A stretch of 64,000 bases of DNA from the human T2T-CHM13v2.0 reference genome, Homo sapiens. The translations under genes were made by a program, and so were the position numbers. Below the pieces are notes generated by a model that did no database searches, was not told the origin of the DNA, and saw only the letters and a list, made by a program, of their open reading frames with translations. This document shows positions 44,090 through 57,895 of this stretch, piece by piece; within the stretch, counting starts at the first letter, position 1, and each line of letters opens with the position of its first letter. The stretch lies in NCBI RefSeq assembly GCF_009914755.1, contig NC_060939.1; one strand, written 5' to 3'.

Positions 44090-44695
44090 CTGTACAGTAA
44101 AAGAAAGAGCACGAGATCTGCTAATGACCTGAGTTCTTTTATTTCCAGCTGTGGGATCTTGGGCACGCCCCTTACCCTCTGACTCTGCTCACTTGCAAGT
44201 GTGGATGATATGGTGAAGGCAGGCAAGGCTGGGCCCAGGGTTGGGATGAGGCACACAAGGCACAGGTGCACAGAACATTTTAAATCCTTTACCCCAGGCT
44301 GGCTCTCTCACTGCAACCCTTTATTTCTAAATGCTACCACTGGCTTGCAATTTCTTCTAAAAATTGACTAGGGCCTTATATGCAGTATGTTCCTTTTATG
44401 AAAAGCCAAATAGCTAGTCTGCAGTGCTCTGACCCCCCTCTGGCTTTCCGTGTTCTAAAATTTCAGACAGGGGTTCAGTGGTCACATCTCCAGGAATTTT
44501 CAGTGCCCTGAGCTGAAAGTGGTCTCAGCCCATAGGCTTGTAGATTTAAAGGTGCTTGGGGGCTCTCTTCTTATCTTCAGCTTCACATCTCTTTTCTATG
44601 CTTATGTTTTACATAGCCCAGGTTAGAGACACATCTCCTTGATCAGTAAAGAGGAAAGACAAGTGATCTGACCCTACTCTACTGAACACCCCATC

Positions 44696-45055
44696 TGCGA
44701 CGATCTGAATGTTTGTGTCTCCCCAAAATTCATATGTGAAAACATATTCTCCAACATGATGGTGTTTGGAAGTGGGGCCTTTGGGAAGCAATGAGGTCAT
44801 GAGGGCTATGCCTTCTTAAGTGGGATTAGTGTCCTGAAGAAAGAGGCTCGAGCAAGCTCCCGGCCTCTTCCACCACGTGAGGACACAGACAGAAGACCGC
44901 CATCTATAAACCAGGAAGGGCATCACCAGACACCAAATTTGTCAGTGCCTTGATCTTGGACTTTCCAGCCTCCAGAACTGTGAGAAATAATTTTCTGTTG
45001 TTTATAAACCACCAAGTCTATGGTATTTTGTTATAACAGCTCAAACAAACTAAGC
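44696..45055 (+). mobile_element. MaLR LTR (MLT1A/MSTD-like)
   Basis: ctgaatgtttgtgtctccccaaaattcatatg...ccagcctccagaactgtgagaaataa...ggtattttgttataacagc. Confidence 0.88.
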
Positions 45056-45204
45056 CACCATACATCTACTGCACACTAATTTTTCAGCGTCCCCACCACG
45101 GTCTTTAGATGACTCTTCAGCCATTTCTCAGCTTTCCCAGCCTTCCTGGGACTCATCTTTCATGATCACCATGTTCTTGTATTTGCCTTTGGCCACATGC
45201 TCCT

Positions 45205-45655
45205 TTTGAGAATTAATTTTTTGTGTCAACTCGGCTAGGCAAGGGTGCGCAATTGCTTGCTCAAACCCTGGTCCAGATGTTGCTGTGAAGGTATTCTTTA
45301 CATGAGATTAACATTTAAATCAGTAGACTTTGAGTAGAGCAGATGACCCACCACAATGTGAATGGGCCTCGTCCAATCCACTGAAGGCCTTAAGAACAAA
45401 AACAAGGTTCTCCGAGGTAAAGGCACTCTCCCCAAGACTGCAACACAGAATCTCTGCCAGAGTTTACAGCCTACTGCCCTGTGGAATCTGAACAGAAGAT
45501 TGCAACAGCAACTCTTATCTGCATCTCCAACCTGAAGGCCTGTCCCATGGATTTCAGACTTGTCAGCCCCCACAATCATGTGAGCCAACTCCTTAAAATG
45601 TGTGTTTATATGTGCATCCTATTGGTGTGTTTCCTTGGAGAACCCTGACTAACCC
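45205..45655 (+). mobile_element. MLT2 (ERVL) LTR
   Basis: aattttttgtgtcaactcggctagg...gattaacatttaaatcagtagactttgagta...atcctattgg...ggagaaccctgactaac. Confidence 0.88.
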
Positions 45656-45678
45656 ACTCCTCCTCCCATCTTTTGCAG

Positions 45679-45802
45679 GGCTATGCTACTTTTTTAAGAG
45701 CCTTCTTTATCTCTTTCTTTTGGGTCATTGATGAAACACAAACAATGGCATTGTAGAGTCTACTGTCCTTGTAACTCATATAAACTTTGAAGACTTTGAA
45801 AG
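45679..45802 (+). ncRNA. Candidate non-coding exon (124 nt)
   Basis: Branch gactaac 45647-45653, long pyrimidine tract, ttttgcAG acceptor, AAG|GTAAGA donor. Confidence 0.35.
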
Positions 45803-46317
45803 GTAAGAATTACTACCCCCTCTCTTGCCTTGTTTCGACTTGCTTTTCCTCCAGTGTAAATAACATGCCTCACTTCATTCTCAGCTTGCTTCCTTCTTAG
45901 ATTCTAAGATGAAGGCCACTTTCTTCTGGGATCTTTGTCTTTTCCTACCCACACATAAATTCTTTCTGGTCCCAATGACCAGTTTTTCTCTTTGCTTCTT
46001 CTCCTCAACTTTTGGACATAAAATTGTCAGCAAGGCCAAACAAGAATTTATGTTTTTAGCAGCCTGAGACTCCAGCTGATGACCAGATGGTTGAAGTCTT
46101 CCTTTACTCCTGGATCTTGCCTCATGCCAGTTTTGTATTCTGCCTTTAAAAAGTATTATCCATCCACTCCTAAAATAGCACTGCCACTGCTCTCCCCACA
46201 CAGTCCTTCTCTTCAGGTTGAGATTTGCATTCCAGTGAAAACTTGATAGACTCCCATCTCCCTTCTATGATTTCCACTTCTACTGCTGCTGTTAAATGCA
46301 TTATATGTTCTTCCTTT

Positions 46318-46688
46318 TGTATTCGTCTGTTCTCACGCTGCTAATAAAGACATACCCAAGACTGGGTGATTTATACAGGAAAGAGGCTTAATTGACTCAC
46401 AGTTCCACGTGGCTGGGGAGGCCTTGAAATCATGGCAGAAGGTGAGGGAGTTGCAAAGTCATGTCTTATACGGTGGCAGGCAAAAGAGAATGACAGCCAA
46501 GCAAAACGGAAACCCCCTTATAAAACCATCAGTTCTTGTGAGACTTATTCACTACCACAAGAACAGTATTGGGGGAACTGCTCCCATGATTCAATTATCT
46601 CCCACCGAGTCCCTCCTACAACATGTGGGAATTATGGGAGGTACAATTCAAGATGAGATTTGGGTGGGGACAGAACCAAACCATATCA
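46318..46688 (-). mobile_element. THE1 (B/C-like) MaLR solo LTR
   Basis: tgtattcgtctgttctcacgctgctaataaagacatacc...gagatttgggtggggacag...aaaccatatca; 5-bp TSD ccttt/ccttc. Confidence 0.95.
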
Positions 46689-47279
46689 CCTTCCCATTAA
46701 TATATTCAATTCCTGAGTCCCAGAATCAGAGAATTTCAGGGTTAGCACAGATCATCAGACCCTGGGACCCCATCTTCTCTGAGAAAACTCCATCAGGAGG
46801 TTTGAACACCTTCAGCAGCTAGAAACTCATTTTTCCCATGCAAGGTGGCCCCTTCTGTCTCTGAGCACCTCTAGCTCACCTGGATTTGCAGCAGCGGCAC
46901 TGCTGGGCAGCCTGGAGGGAGGGCAGGAAGCATGCTCACAGCTGGAACAGTCAATACATGTTCTCCAAAATATGTCTTTTCAGGCCTAAAGGTGAATAAA
47001 GAAGGTAAGCAAAAGATGGGGGCTTTCTGTGTGTTAACTTCCCCTGTGATAAAATCTGCCCAGGCTACCACTCGGCAACACCTATAGAATACATGTTTCT
47101 CCTTTGTTAGATTTTTTTTCACTTTGTTGCTCAATCTCTATTTACTGGTATCTCTAAGGTCCTACAGATTTTCCCTGTCGCCACTAATTTAAAAGTAAAA
47201 GGATGGGCAAAGAATTTAACAAGGATGTTGCAATCCTTAATAAAATTTTGCAGGATTGTCAAGAAATTTTTGACCAACA

Positions 47280-48350
47280 AGACAAGTGATAGTGAAACAT
47301 TCTTTTAAAAGGCAAATGTAGCCAACAGCTGCACTAATCAAAGCAATAATGACACTGTAATAAACAAAAAGATCAGTGGAAAAGGCAAGAGGGGAGAAAA
47401 ATATGTGAGTCTATGTGGGAATTTAATAAATGATAAAGGTGGCAGCTTAAGTCTTGGGAAAATGGGATATCCCTCTGAAAGAAAAAAAATGATACCTGTC
47501 TTGTGATGGATTAAAAAAAACTAAGCATTCCTAAAAAGCATAAAATTTTAGACTGCATTCGAGAACAGTTTTATAACATTATAAGGAAGGTCTTCCTAAG
47601 GGAGAAAAAACTGAAATGACTTCACAGATTTTAAAAGATTTTAAAATTAAAACCTTATTTGAAAAAGTAAAAAAGAATAACAGGCTATAAGGTTCAAAGT
47701 GTATCTCTTACACAAAAAGAACTCTAATACATTTATAAGAAAACTATTAGTACTTTAGAGGAAAACCAGGCAGAAGATATGAACAGAAGAGGTAATTCAA
47801 ATGGCCAGTAAATAGATGAAAAGATGCTCAACTTCGTATCAAAAAGATGGTTAGTGAGATGCACAGTGAAACAACAAAATACAACTTTTCATTGAAAGGT
47901 CCAGCAAAAAAAAAAAAAAAAATGATAACACCTAGTAATGGCATGAGTGTAGAGAAAAGGAGTTGGAAAAATAAATTGCCACTACCTTTCTGGGTGTCAG
48001 TTTTGCAATATTTACAAAGTAAAAATGTGGATGAATTCTGATTCAGACACTTCTAAGGAAATATTCAACAGAACATTTGTACACATGCATAATGATATGT
48101 AAAAAAGGTTTAATGAGGTGTTGCAATAACAAAATGAAAATAATAATATCTGAGTAAATTACCAATAAGGGATGGGTAGGAAAAAATATGTTGCAATCAT
48201 ATGGCATGCTATGCAGAAGTTAAAAGAACAAAGAAGATCAGTATCCAATGATCTGGAAGGAAGAATGTTTATATACATTTTTTAAAAAAAAAATCCATTA
48301 CAGACCAAAATGTACAGACTGATTGCATTTGTAAAGACATACCCGTATAG
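47280..48350 (+). mobile_element. L1ME-like ORF2/3' fragments
   Basis: A-rich; ggcagaagatatgaacag...caaatggccagtaaatagatgaaaagatgctcaac. Confidence 0.7.
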
Positions 48351-48971
48351 ACACAGATCCACCCACTTCAGGTGGGAGAAAGTCAGGAAGGATGCCCCCC
48401 AGACTGCTACCCCACCACCCCAGAATAGTGGTGGGACTATGGAACACTTTCAGGTTTTTTGTGGTTTTCTCTATTTTTCAACAAATGTGTTAAAAAAAAA
48501 AAAACTTACTACAATACCTGGCACAAAACAAATGATCAAAAGACAGTAGCAATTATCTTGACCATTACGGTGTGCTGTGCCCTGGACAATTCCCCTTGTG
48601 TCCCATTCTTGAAGCCAGCTCTTGTTTTCCAAACATTTTTCTCTTCTTAGTTGGAAGCAGAGGTGAATTTCCCACCTTCCCATGAAGACTTTATGACTTA
48701 GGACTTCACTCCCCTTCTCCCTCCCCCACCACCCATATGGTACACATCCCTTCAGCTGGTGTTTATTTCCTGTGTATCCAAAGAAATGGAAACAACTAAT
48801 GGGGTCAATGACTGTGGCAGGGTCCTTATGCCATGCCAGGGATACCCTTTAGGGTGACAGCCGCCCCCAGAAAGGCTATGCCAACACTATCCATGGCAGC
48901 TTTGGGGCCCCAGTGAAGCCAACCAACCACCCACCATTTTGGGCTCTTGCTTCTGAGGTTTCCCTGGGCAC

Positions 48972-49085
48972 TAAGGTAACCAACTTGTCCCAGTTTGTCC
49001 AAGACATTCCCCCATTTTAGCACTGAAAGTTTTACATCCCAGGAACCTTCTCAGCTTCATGCAAACCCAGACAGCTGGTCACCCT
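48972..49085. mobile_element. MER81/MER94-type hAT-Blackjack MITE
   Basis: aaggtaaccaac...ttttagcactgaaagt...gctggtcaccct TIRs. Confidence 0.8.
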
Positions 49086-49850
49086 TGTGGGTACCTGCTA
49101 TGTGTCTGGCTGTTTGCTAAGCAGTGTTTCGGGGGAGAAACGATATGAAGATGAACAAAACACATTCTCAAACCTCAAGGTCTCCTTACGATGCAAATGA
49201 GGACACTGGTGAAGAACTAACCTGCCCTGCTGTGATTCGTCTTAGTGGAGATGCCGGCCACATGCTCTGGAAGGGAAACCGCAGAGATGAATTCTGCCTC
49301 CAGGGAGCTGGACTTAACGTTCTCCACGCTATGGGCAGAGGCTGTCGCTGGGAGCTCAGTTCCAAGGGCTCCAATTATCTTTCCCTGGTCTCTCCTGTGC
49401 CTTGTTCTTGCACCCTCCCCCACTCCCGCCTCCCCAAAACTCCCCTCCTGGCTTGGCTTCCAGGGCCCCTCCCAGGCACCTCAGAGCCCTTCAAAAGCAT
49501 CTCCTCCAGTCAAGCCAGCCAACACTGGTGGGGAAAAAACGCAAGGGTCACAGTAGTCCCGACTTTCTGGGTCCCTCCTGAAATAGATCCCTCTGAAGGC
49601 CACCCTGAGGACGTGGCCTTGGCGATCGGTCCTTGGGCTCCAAAATATCAGCTGGCCCAGCCACATCCGGCCTCCCATTTGGAAGCACATATGCGCCACC
49701 TCCCAGGGGTGAAGACCAGCTTTCTTTAGTAAGCACAGTCACAGCTGCCGCCCTGTGCCTCCAGCCCGGGCGGCCATCTTTCCCGGTGAATCCCTCACCT
49801 CTTCCCGGTGCTCAGAGTGCACGGGCCCCCTGCTGGTCTTCCTGCTTAGC

Positions 49851-50030
49851 CGGGGTTCTCAGCCCCAGGTTCCCATTAGAATCACCTGGTAAGTGTTTCA
49901 AACATAGCAACGCTGGTTCCCCTCTCCCACCAGACCATTTAAATCCAAATCTCAAGAGAGGAGCTCCAGCATTAGCAGCCTTTAAAAGCCCCCAGGTGAT
50001 TCAAATGTTTGGCCAGGAATGAACGCAGGG
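49851..50030. mobile_element. MER5A-type MITE
   Basis: ggggttctcagcc...cattagaatcacctgg...aagcccccaggtgattc. Confidence 0.8.
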
Positions 50031-50066
50031 CCTAAAGCTGCAGTGCTTCGCAGGGGCGCCACCGAA

Positions 50067-50520
<454 letters not shown>

Positions 50521-51846
50521 GCCAGTTACTCTTTAGTATGAATGAGTAAATGGTGGGTGCCCAGCAAGTGGTCTTGAAAGGGGAGCAAGGATGAGGAGCC
50601 TCCTGTCTTAGGGAGGAGCACCCTGACCAGGGGAAAAGGGAGGGAAGGACTGAAGCCCAGCTTTGCTGATGTCATAGATTTGGCCCAAGGATGTAGTTTG
50701 CACTGATTGCTTTGTCACCTTTTCAGGTCACCTTCCCTCTCTGGCTGTCTCATTCTTGAAGGCAACAGCATTATTGTCCACTCTTTAACCCAAGGTGGGA
50801 GAAGAGATGAGAATCAATGCCTTTTCTAAGGAGAATTATCAGCAGGCCTTTGTTGGTGGGGGCTTCTCATTCCTGGTTTGTGAGGTCATTCTTGTGGACA
50901 AACAGAATAAACCAGAATTTGGCCCGCCAGGGACCTCGAGGCACCAGGCCAGTTCTGAGCTCAGTTTAATTTCACCAGCCACAAATCTTTCTCAATGTCA
51001 TCCAACACATTACAGGCGCTTAATGAATATTAAACAATAACAATAACAAATCATTGTCTTCAACCTGCCGAGCCCCCTCTTAGTACTAATGCCAGAACTT
51101 GGTTGGACACTTTTGGGAGAAAATCCTGCCCATCTCCTTGGCATCCCAGCCCTGCACCCAGGGGCAGAGAGCTCACAGGCTACAGTGAGGACAGGTCACC
51201 GCCCACAGCAGGGGGGTAGGGCGTAGGGAGGAAGCAGGGAAAAGATACACGGCAATGGCCCCGAGCTGCTGCCAAGCATGACCAGAGCCTCTGTGCCTGC
51301 GGTCGGTCCATGAAGCCTGCCACCATCAGCCAGAATGCCTCCTCCTGCCCAGCCACCATTGTGACCCAGCTCCCGCCATCCAGGAGGGCCAGACTCCACC
51401 TCACCTGTCAATGCTGAGCTCTTGGTCATGCCACCTGCATCAAGAAAGAGCTGATCAGGAGGAAGCACTCTCCCCTGTGTACCCTTGGACCTGTTCGAGT
51501 TCGGGCCATGCACACATATTATCTATCAAAAAAGCTACATTTAAAACACTTTAAAGGGAGGACTGAAAAGCTGCATGTAGGTGAGATAGGTCAGACAACT
51601 GTGTTTTCATAGCAAAGCTGGCCACTGTGGAGGGAGGAGAGGTAATGCAAATATTTGTTGAATTTGATTTTCTTCTTCATAGTTAACCTGAAAAAAATCC
51701 TGGTGGGGCTACATATGGCAACGTGTGTTTTGTCTTAGGTCCCACCCCTTCTATGTGTGGATTTCCAAGTCAAGCAGAATCTTCACCCATTACCAATGAA
51801 TGTGCCCCACCCTGGCCTGGACTCCTCTTTCTCCCGCTATGCACAG

Positions 51847-52031
51847 GAAGGAGGATGGAGGATACAGGAAATCATTCAAGAAGAAAGATTAAAAAATAAA
51901 AGGTTCAGAAGAGGCAGGAAGCTAGAGAAACCAATGTGAAGAAGATGGAAAATGGGAGAACGTGTCACAAAGAAACAGCAAAAAGAAGAAACCCAGTGTT
52001 AATTAGGCCCCGGGGCCCTCAGTCACCCACG
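51847..52031 (+). ncRNA. Candidate non-coding exon (185 nt, purine-rich)
   Basis: ctcctctttctcccgctatgcacAG acceptor; GAAGAA-rich body; ACG|GTAAGT donor. Confidence 0.3.
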
Positions 52032-55000
52032 GTAAGTGGTAAATTAACTTCTCTCCGCTGCATCTGGAATGGTCCTAGTTATGACTATGAGAGCATCGAA
52101 ATAAGTGGACAGGTGCATCCCGCAGATGCAAGTCCAGCCGTCCTGAAGCAGCAGAGCCTCTCACATGCTGCAGGACAGACACAAGGAGCCTCCAGCCCAG
52201 CACCCAAAACCCAGGAAGTGCCTGATAAATACTTGTTGATGGGAATGAAGAGCAGCCAGGCATCTGCAGATTTGAGAAATGCCAGGGATGGTTGCTGTCA
52301 CTCAGCCAAGGGATCCAGAGAACCAATGAGGCCTAGATCTAAAACCCATCTGACTGCCCCAATTAGCCTGGAAGCTCCAGGAAGTCAGCGACCACATCTC
52401 AGTCATCACTGCAGCCCTGGCCCCAGCCAGGGCCTGGAACAGGAGGCATCTCCCCGTGTCATCTGACTCTGCAGGGAGGTGGGCACCAGCGCAGGCTGAG
52501 GGGACACCGTGGGGAGGGGACGCTGTGAGTGTCCTCACCTGGAGCTCCAATGGAGAACACTGAGAGTGAACCACAGGCAGCCAAGGCCAAGGCAAAGCTT
52601 TGAGCAGCACAAGGAAGCAGGAGGAGTCGTGGCCCTCTTGGCCCTGCCATGGGGCACTGCGGGAGTGCACTTCGGTTTGGAGGTGGTGGGGGTAGGGACA
52701 CCCCTGAGGTATTTCCACCCACATTGCCTATGTTGCCCAACCAGCTAGATGGCCACCTCGCGGAAACTAAGGAAGCTGTGGTTTGTGTGAAGGGAAAGGT
52801 GTCAGGAAAGTGTGGCACCCCACAGGGACCCCAGTGTGGGGCAGCCGCTGGGCCCCACCGGGAATAGGAGACTGAGGAAGAAGAAGGCCTGCAAGGTCAG
52901 AGCCCACTGATTTCAAAACCCAAGTGGACTTCATTCCTGAAAGGTAACGTCATGGCCCCGTGGTGAGGACGGATAATCTGTCCACACTGCCAGTTGCTCC
53001 TCACCTGAGGGGAGAGGCTCGGTGACAGGGGCAGGAAAGGGACGACTTGGGAGCTACTGGACAGAGCTGGCACTGGACTGAGCCCACGGAGCAGGCTGTC
53101 TGCACACACTACCAGGTCCCAGACACACCAGCTGCAGCCACTAACACTGGCAGAGCCCAGCAAGGGAGGCAGCAGCAGTGGTTTTCCTCCTTCCGTTACA
53201 GATTTCTCAATCAAGGCCCAGAGAGGTAAACTAATCTGCTCAGGGTGGCCTGGCTAACAAAGGAACAGAGAACGGTCTCAGGTTTCTTGCGCTGCTCCTC
53301 CTCTTCTCGGCATCACACTGCCTCTCCCGGGGTGGAGGCGTGGGCACTCGCCCTCACTCTCTCCATCTCTCTCCCAGCAGATGCTTACAGGGTGCCCCGT
53401 TGTGGAGGGCACAAGCTGGGCACTGCGAACAGAGCGCAGCCCCTGTCTGTGTGACCCACAAGGTCCACTGGCCCTGGGGTGGGGCACGGGGCAGCATCAA
53501 TCCCTAGTGGTCTTGGCTTTCAGTCTTTCAGAGCCTCCCCTGGGGCACTGCCCCACCTCTGCCGAGAGTCCAGCGTTCACTCATCCTCCCCCAGGGAACT
53601 CGAGGCTTGGGGAGCTATTAATAAATACAGTTTCCCCTCCACACACCTTCATCAATCAAGCGGCAAGAACCTGGGGTAAGGCACAGCTCCAGGAAGCCCC
53701 AGCTACGATGAGCAGATAGTACCTGGGCAGGCCTCCTTTGCACCCCTAGGCACCAGCATGGACCTGTCTTAATCACCAGGCCCCGAAGAATGACACAGGC
53801 CTCCACAGCTCAGGGAGCTCCTACAAATGAGGGCTCAGGTCAGCTCTAAAGACAACTGCCCTATGCCCTAGAATCCTCTTGACAGAGGCACAGTCCTTCT
53901 GTGTCTCTGAAGGTCATGCCGTCCTTCAGGTATTGGATTGCAGTTTCTAAAAAGACCTAGGAGCTGTATCTCAGGTGAACAGTGCTCCCAGCCAGGCAGC
54001 CCGATCTGAGCCGGAGGCCACAGCCACGTCTCCCTCATCTTCGTAGACCCAGAGCCACAGGTTCACCTCTGAGCTTTGTCACCACCTACCCCTTCCCTGG
54101 TGGCCACAGTGACATGTCTCCCAGCTCTTCCCAGCTCCCTGAGCAGAAACAACTGTCCAGCTCATCTTTATTCCCTACAGTAACTGGTCTATGAGCACGT
54201 GATAGATATTTGTTAGAAGAGGATTATGGAACGCTTTGGTTGATAAAGAAAGAGGAATAATATATTCCTTGAGCTACATGTTTCTTGATTTCTTTCTGGG
54301 TGTACTGTGGAGAGCCCATTATGTTAGTTCATTTAGTTCTGACGACAATGTGTTGATGTGGGTAATACTATTATCCGTATTTTAGGAGGAGGAAGCTGAA
54401 TAATAGGAAGAGCCTGGGCTGGGTTTCAAACCCAGCCTGCCTATCCTGGAGCCACATTCTCAGCCAAATGTAGAGCCCTGCTTTTCCCTATCAAAAAAGA
54501 ATGGATTCCCAGGGATCTGTCTTTTTCTAAACATCAGCATGACTCTGTTTCATCTTAATTGCCTGGCACACAGTAGGTGATCTATAAATGTCTAGGAAAG
54601 ATTAATAAATGAATGTCATCAATGTCGATGAAAAAGCAAATATTGAAGGAAGAAAAAATTTAAAGATGGGCACTCTGTTCTGAAGCATTATCAGCAATTT
54701 CATGGTGTGTGTTTTTTGTGTGTGTCTCATACGCAGACACTTGCAGGCACACACATACCACACAAGTCTATGATCTCAAGTTTGAGAAAGTGAATATTAA
54801 TTACTTCTACAAAAAATATTACAGGCTTTTCTATCCCCCAAGATGTGCTTCAAAACTGTACCCATGTTGCAATTCAACCTTCCTTCTGCTAATCTCACTA
54901 TGCCATTTAAACTTCTACTGTCTTTATACGGCGGCGCCAAGGGTTTAGGCAGAAGTGTAAGAGATGAGAGCCCAGAGCTTCTACATGGGCAACAGTGGGA

Positions 55001-55476
55001 TCTATCCTGGATCCTACCCTTTCTACCTAACCCGGGAACTTGGTAAGGTCCTCAGTGTCTCTAACCATGGCTCACACACTCCTTCAGGTCTAGCTGTGTT
55101 GTCTTTGTGCGTGTGTGTGTGTGTGCCCGTGCAGCGCATGCACACCCAAGAAGGTCCAAACTATTCCCAAATTTAAATCTTTTCTCTCACCATAACCCTA
55201 AATACAGCATGCACATTAGAAACATATATCCAAATATGGGGTTCAATAATGAACCATTGCCTCATCAGACATTATTTCCTCCAAAATGTATACAAACACT
55301 TAAACCACTCCTTTTATTAAAAAAAAAAAAGAGCAAAAAAATGAGGACCAACAATCTATAAAAGGAAATTCAGATAGAGATGGGGGAAGTGGCAGTGGTT
55401 TTGCAGTTTCCAAAGGTGAGCCTCCAAGGGACAGAGCTCACTCAGCATCTGCCAGCTAATGAGGTCATCGTGATCA

Positions 55477-55637
55477 TTTCTTTGCTTTAAGAGACAGGGT
55501 CTTGCGCTGTCACCCAGGCTGGAGTGCAGTGGCGCGAACTCGGCTCACTGCAGCCTCAGCCTCCTGTCCTTAAGTGATCCTCCTGCCTCAGCCTCCCAGA
55601 GTGCTAGTACTACAGGCGCATGCCACCATGCCTGGCC
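55477..55637 (-). mobile_element. Alu right-arm monomer (FRAM/AluJ-like)
   Basis: gagacagggtcttgcgctgtcacccaggctgg...ccaccatgcctggcc; no second arm. Confidence 0.88.
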
Positions 55638-57267
55638 CTATGGGTGGATTTGACTTTGGCCACTCAATGCTCCTTGGAAAAGCCCCCTCTACTTCAGAAT
55701 CCAGTATCCCCTTTCCTCACCACCTCCCAGCACTGACATTTAGAGTTTTCACAAACATGAAGTCCACACCACTCTAAACAAACTCTTGGATGCTCCATTT
55801 TGCTCACTTTGGCAGAAGCTGAGCTTTCTGTCCCGAGATTGAAAGAGGCACGAAGCTTAAGTCACTCCGCCACCCTGTGGCCAGCGAGAGAACTGCACGC
55901 TTCCCGCGGGACAGAGGCCGGGCTCTGGAACAATGAGCTCACAAGCCGCACACAATTTTTAAATCCATCATAGCACCTTTTAGGAGCACCTCTTCAAAGG
56001 CCCTACAGTAGTTCTTAACTGAACTGGAAATTGCCTGCTTTCCATACAATTGTACACAAGTGTTCTTCTGTTTAAAGGGACCGATTCATCTATTTCTGGG
56101 TGCTTTGTTCTCCAAAACAGTGTGGTTAGAAATCACCCCCAGGTTTATCCAGTTCATCCTCCTGCCTCAAGGAAGGACGCCCTTCAACCCATTCAGGGAA
56201 CACACGTCGCTGCCGTTTTATGAAGAGTATCTGAAGGCAGCGTCACAATCTCCTAAAACGCACCCATGTGTTTGAAGGTCAGGGGCTCAGAAGGTTTTCT
56301 CTAAAGTCAAACCCAAATTCCTGCTGCTGCAAAGACCTGAGGAAGTACGAGCAACCCCTGCTGAATCTGATGTGAGTTCGAGTCCTAATTGCAGGACTTA
56401 CTTGCTCTGAGCCTTTCTGTTCTGATCTGTGACGTGAGGGGCGAGGGTCATTCTTCCTGCCCCTGCCTTACGGTTGTAGGGGCATCCCGTGTGCAAAAGC
56501 ACCCTGTAAGGCTTTTAAAGTGCGGTGGGAATGTGGCTCCGGGTTATTCTCATCGAATGTTCCACGGTGTCAGAAGACATTCACAGAGGGGCAGGTTGCA
56601 CAAAACGAGGTCCTTAAACACAGAGCTAGGAGGAAACAGAATGGGGTAGGTGCCGGTTAGGTGGACCAGACATATCACACCCCCCTGCTCAACTTGGGGG
56701 TTACAGTGCACGCTGAGAGCGGGCCACCGACAAACCATGAACCAGTGACCTGCTCACTGGCATTTTGAGCCGACAGTAACCCCCCTCAGCCACAGAGTGC
56801 CAGTGCAGGAGTTACTCTGGCCAGGGCAGGGAGGCCCGGGGGCTCTGTGACACAGAGCTTGCCCCGATCACGGAAGCCATCTGTCCTGGATTTTCTGGAG
56901 TTCTGGTTTCAAATATTCCAGTCTATTGTTCCAGCAAAGACACAGGGCTTTGCAGGGTCTGACAGCTGGGGTTCAGGAAATATAGCCCCAGAACCCCATC
57001 CTCGCAGCACCCTTTTGAATGGAAGAGACATAAACGATCATAAATGAAAAACCCTCACTGCGGTCTCTGAAATCCCACTCCTGAAGTGAAGGGCTCTCAC
57101 TGTGGCCACCCTGTCCAGGAAGTCGGGGGGTAGCCTGTTTCGGGGTTGGAGCTGGAATCCTCCCGAGTCTGTGATTGGCCAGGACTCTCTCCTGGGACCC
57201 CACACCGGAGCCCAAAGGGCAGGATCAGAAGGGAGAGGCTTCCTTGGAGCACGGGCACAGCTGGTGG

Positions 57268-57286
57268 CTGGGCGCCCTCTAGTGGA
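57268..57286 (-). promoter_or_regulatory. CTCF binding motif
   Basis: Minus strand CCACTAGAGGGCGC (57285-57272) matches the CTCF core consensus; in unique sequence. Confidence 0.6.
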
Positions 57287-57895
57287 AGATCAGAAAAAGA
57301 CAGCCTGGAGGGATGCAAAATGAAACTCACCAAGCAAGCCAAGTGAATTTTTCTCCTGAATTTTCTTTCCCCTGCTTCAGGATTGCCAGCACACATCTGC
57401 TTCCACGTTGACTGGTAGGCAGGCTTCAGTGCCTCCTATGATCCAGTCTAGGGAACGACCTTCAGTTCATAACAAATCACAGAAACCTTGGAAATTTTTC
57501 TGAACAGCAGCTCTCTCCACCTCCAAGAAAAATAATGAAGTTTGGTGTTTGGGCCGCCTGCCTCCTTGATGTGTTTCACACATGATTCTCCTGGTTTAGG
57601 GAACTTTCAAGTTTGGGCATCAAATACATGCACAGCCCTTTCAAGTAGGAGGTCTGAAAACCAAGACAAATAGTGGCTGTTCTTTTTCAAAATGCCTCAC
57701 TTCATTTCCAAAGCATTTGGTCTTTTTATTAGTCTCTTTAAAATATCAAATCCATCCTGCAGCACACATCCATTTGAACGAACTAGACTCCAAGAATGCT
57801 TCGAGCGGATGCACACAGTCTTATTTTGTGGGCATGCACGGAGATGGGCCTACACTTAAAAATGGTGAACATTGTAAATTAAAAAATTGATATTT

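Noticed and set aside
49124-49729. Longest ORF in the track (201 aa, +)
   Set aside because: Starts at GTG, no recognisable domain, low-information Pro/Ser/Gly composition typical of chance ORFs in GC-richer DNA, with overlapping ORFs in other frames.
51936-52466. 176-aa ORF (+)
   Set aside because: GTG start, reads through a strong splice donor (52032) and an L2-like end; no homology recognised.
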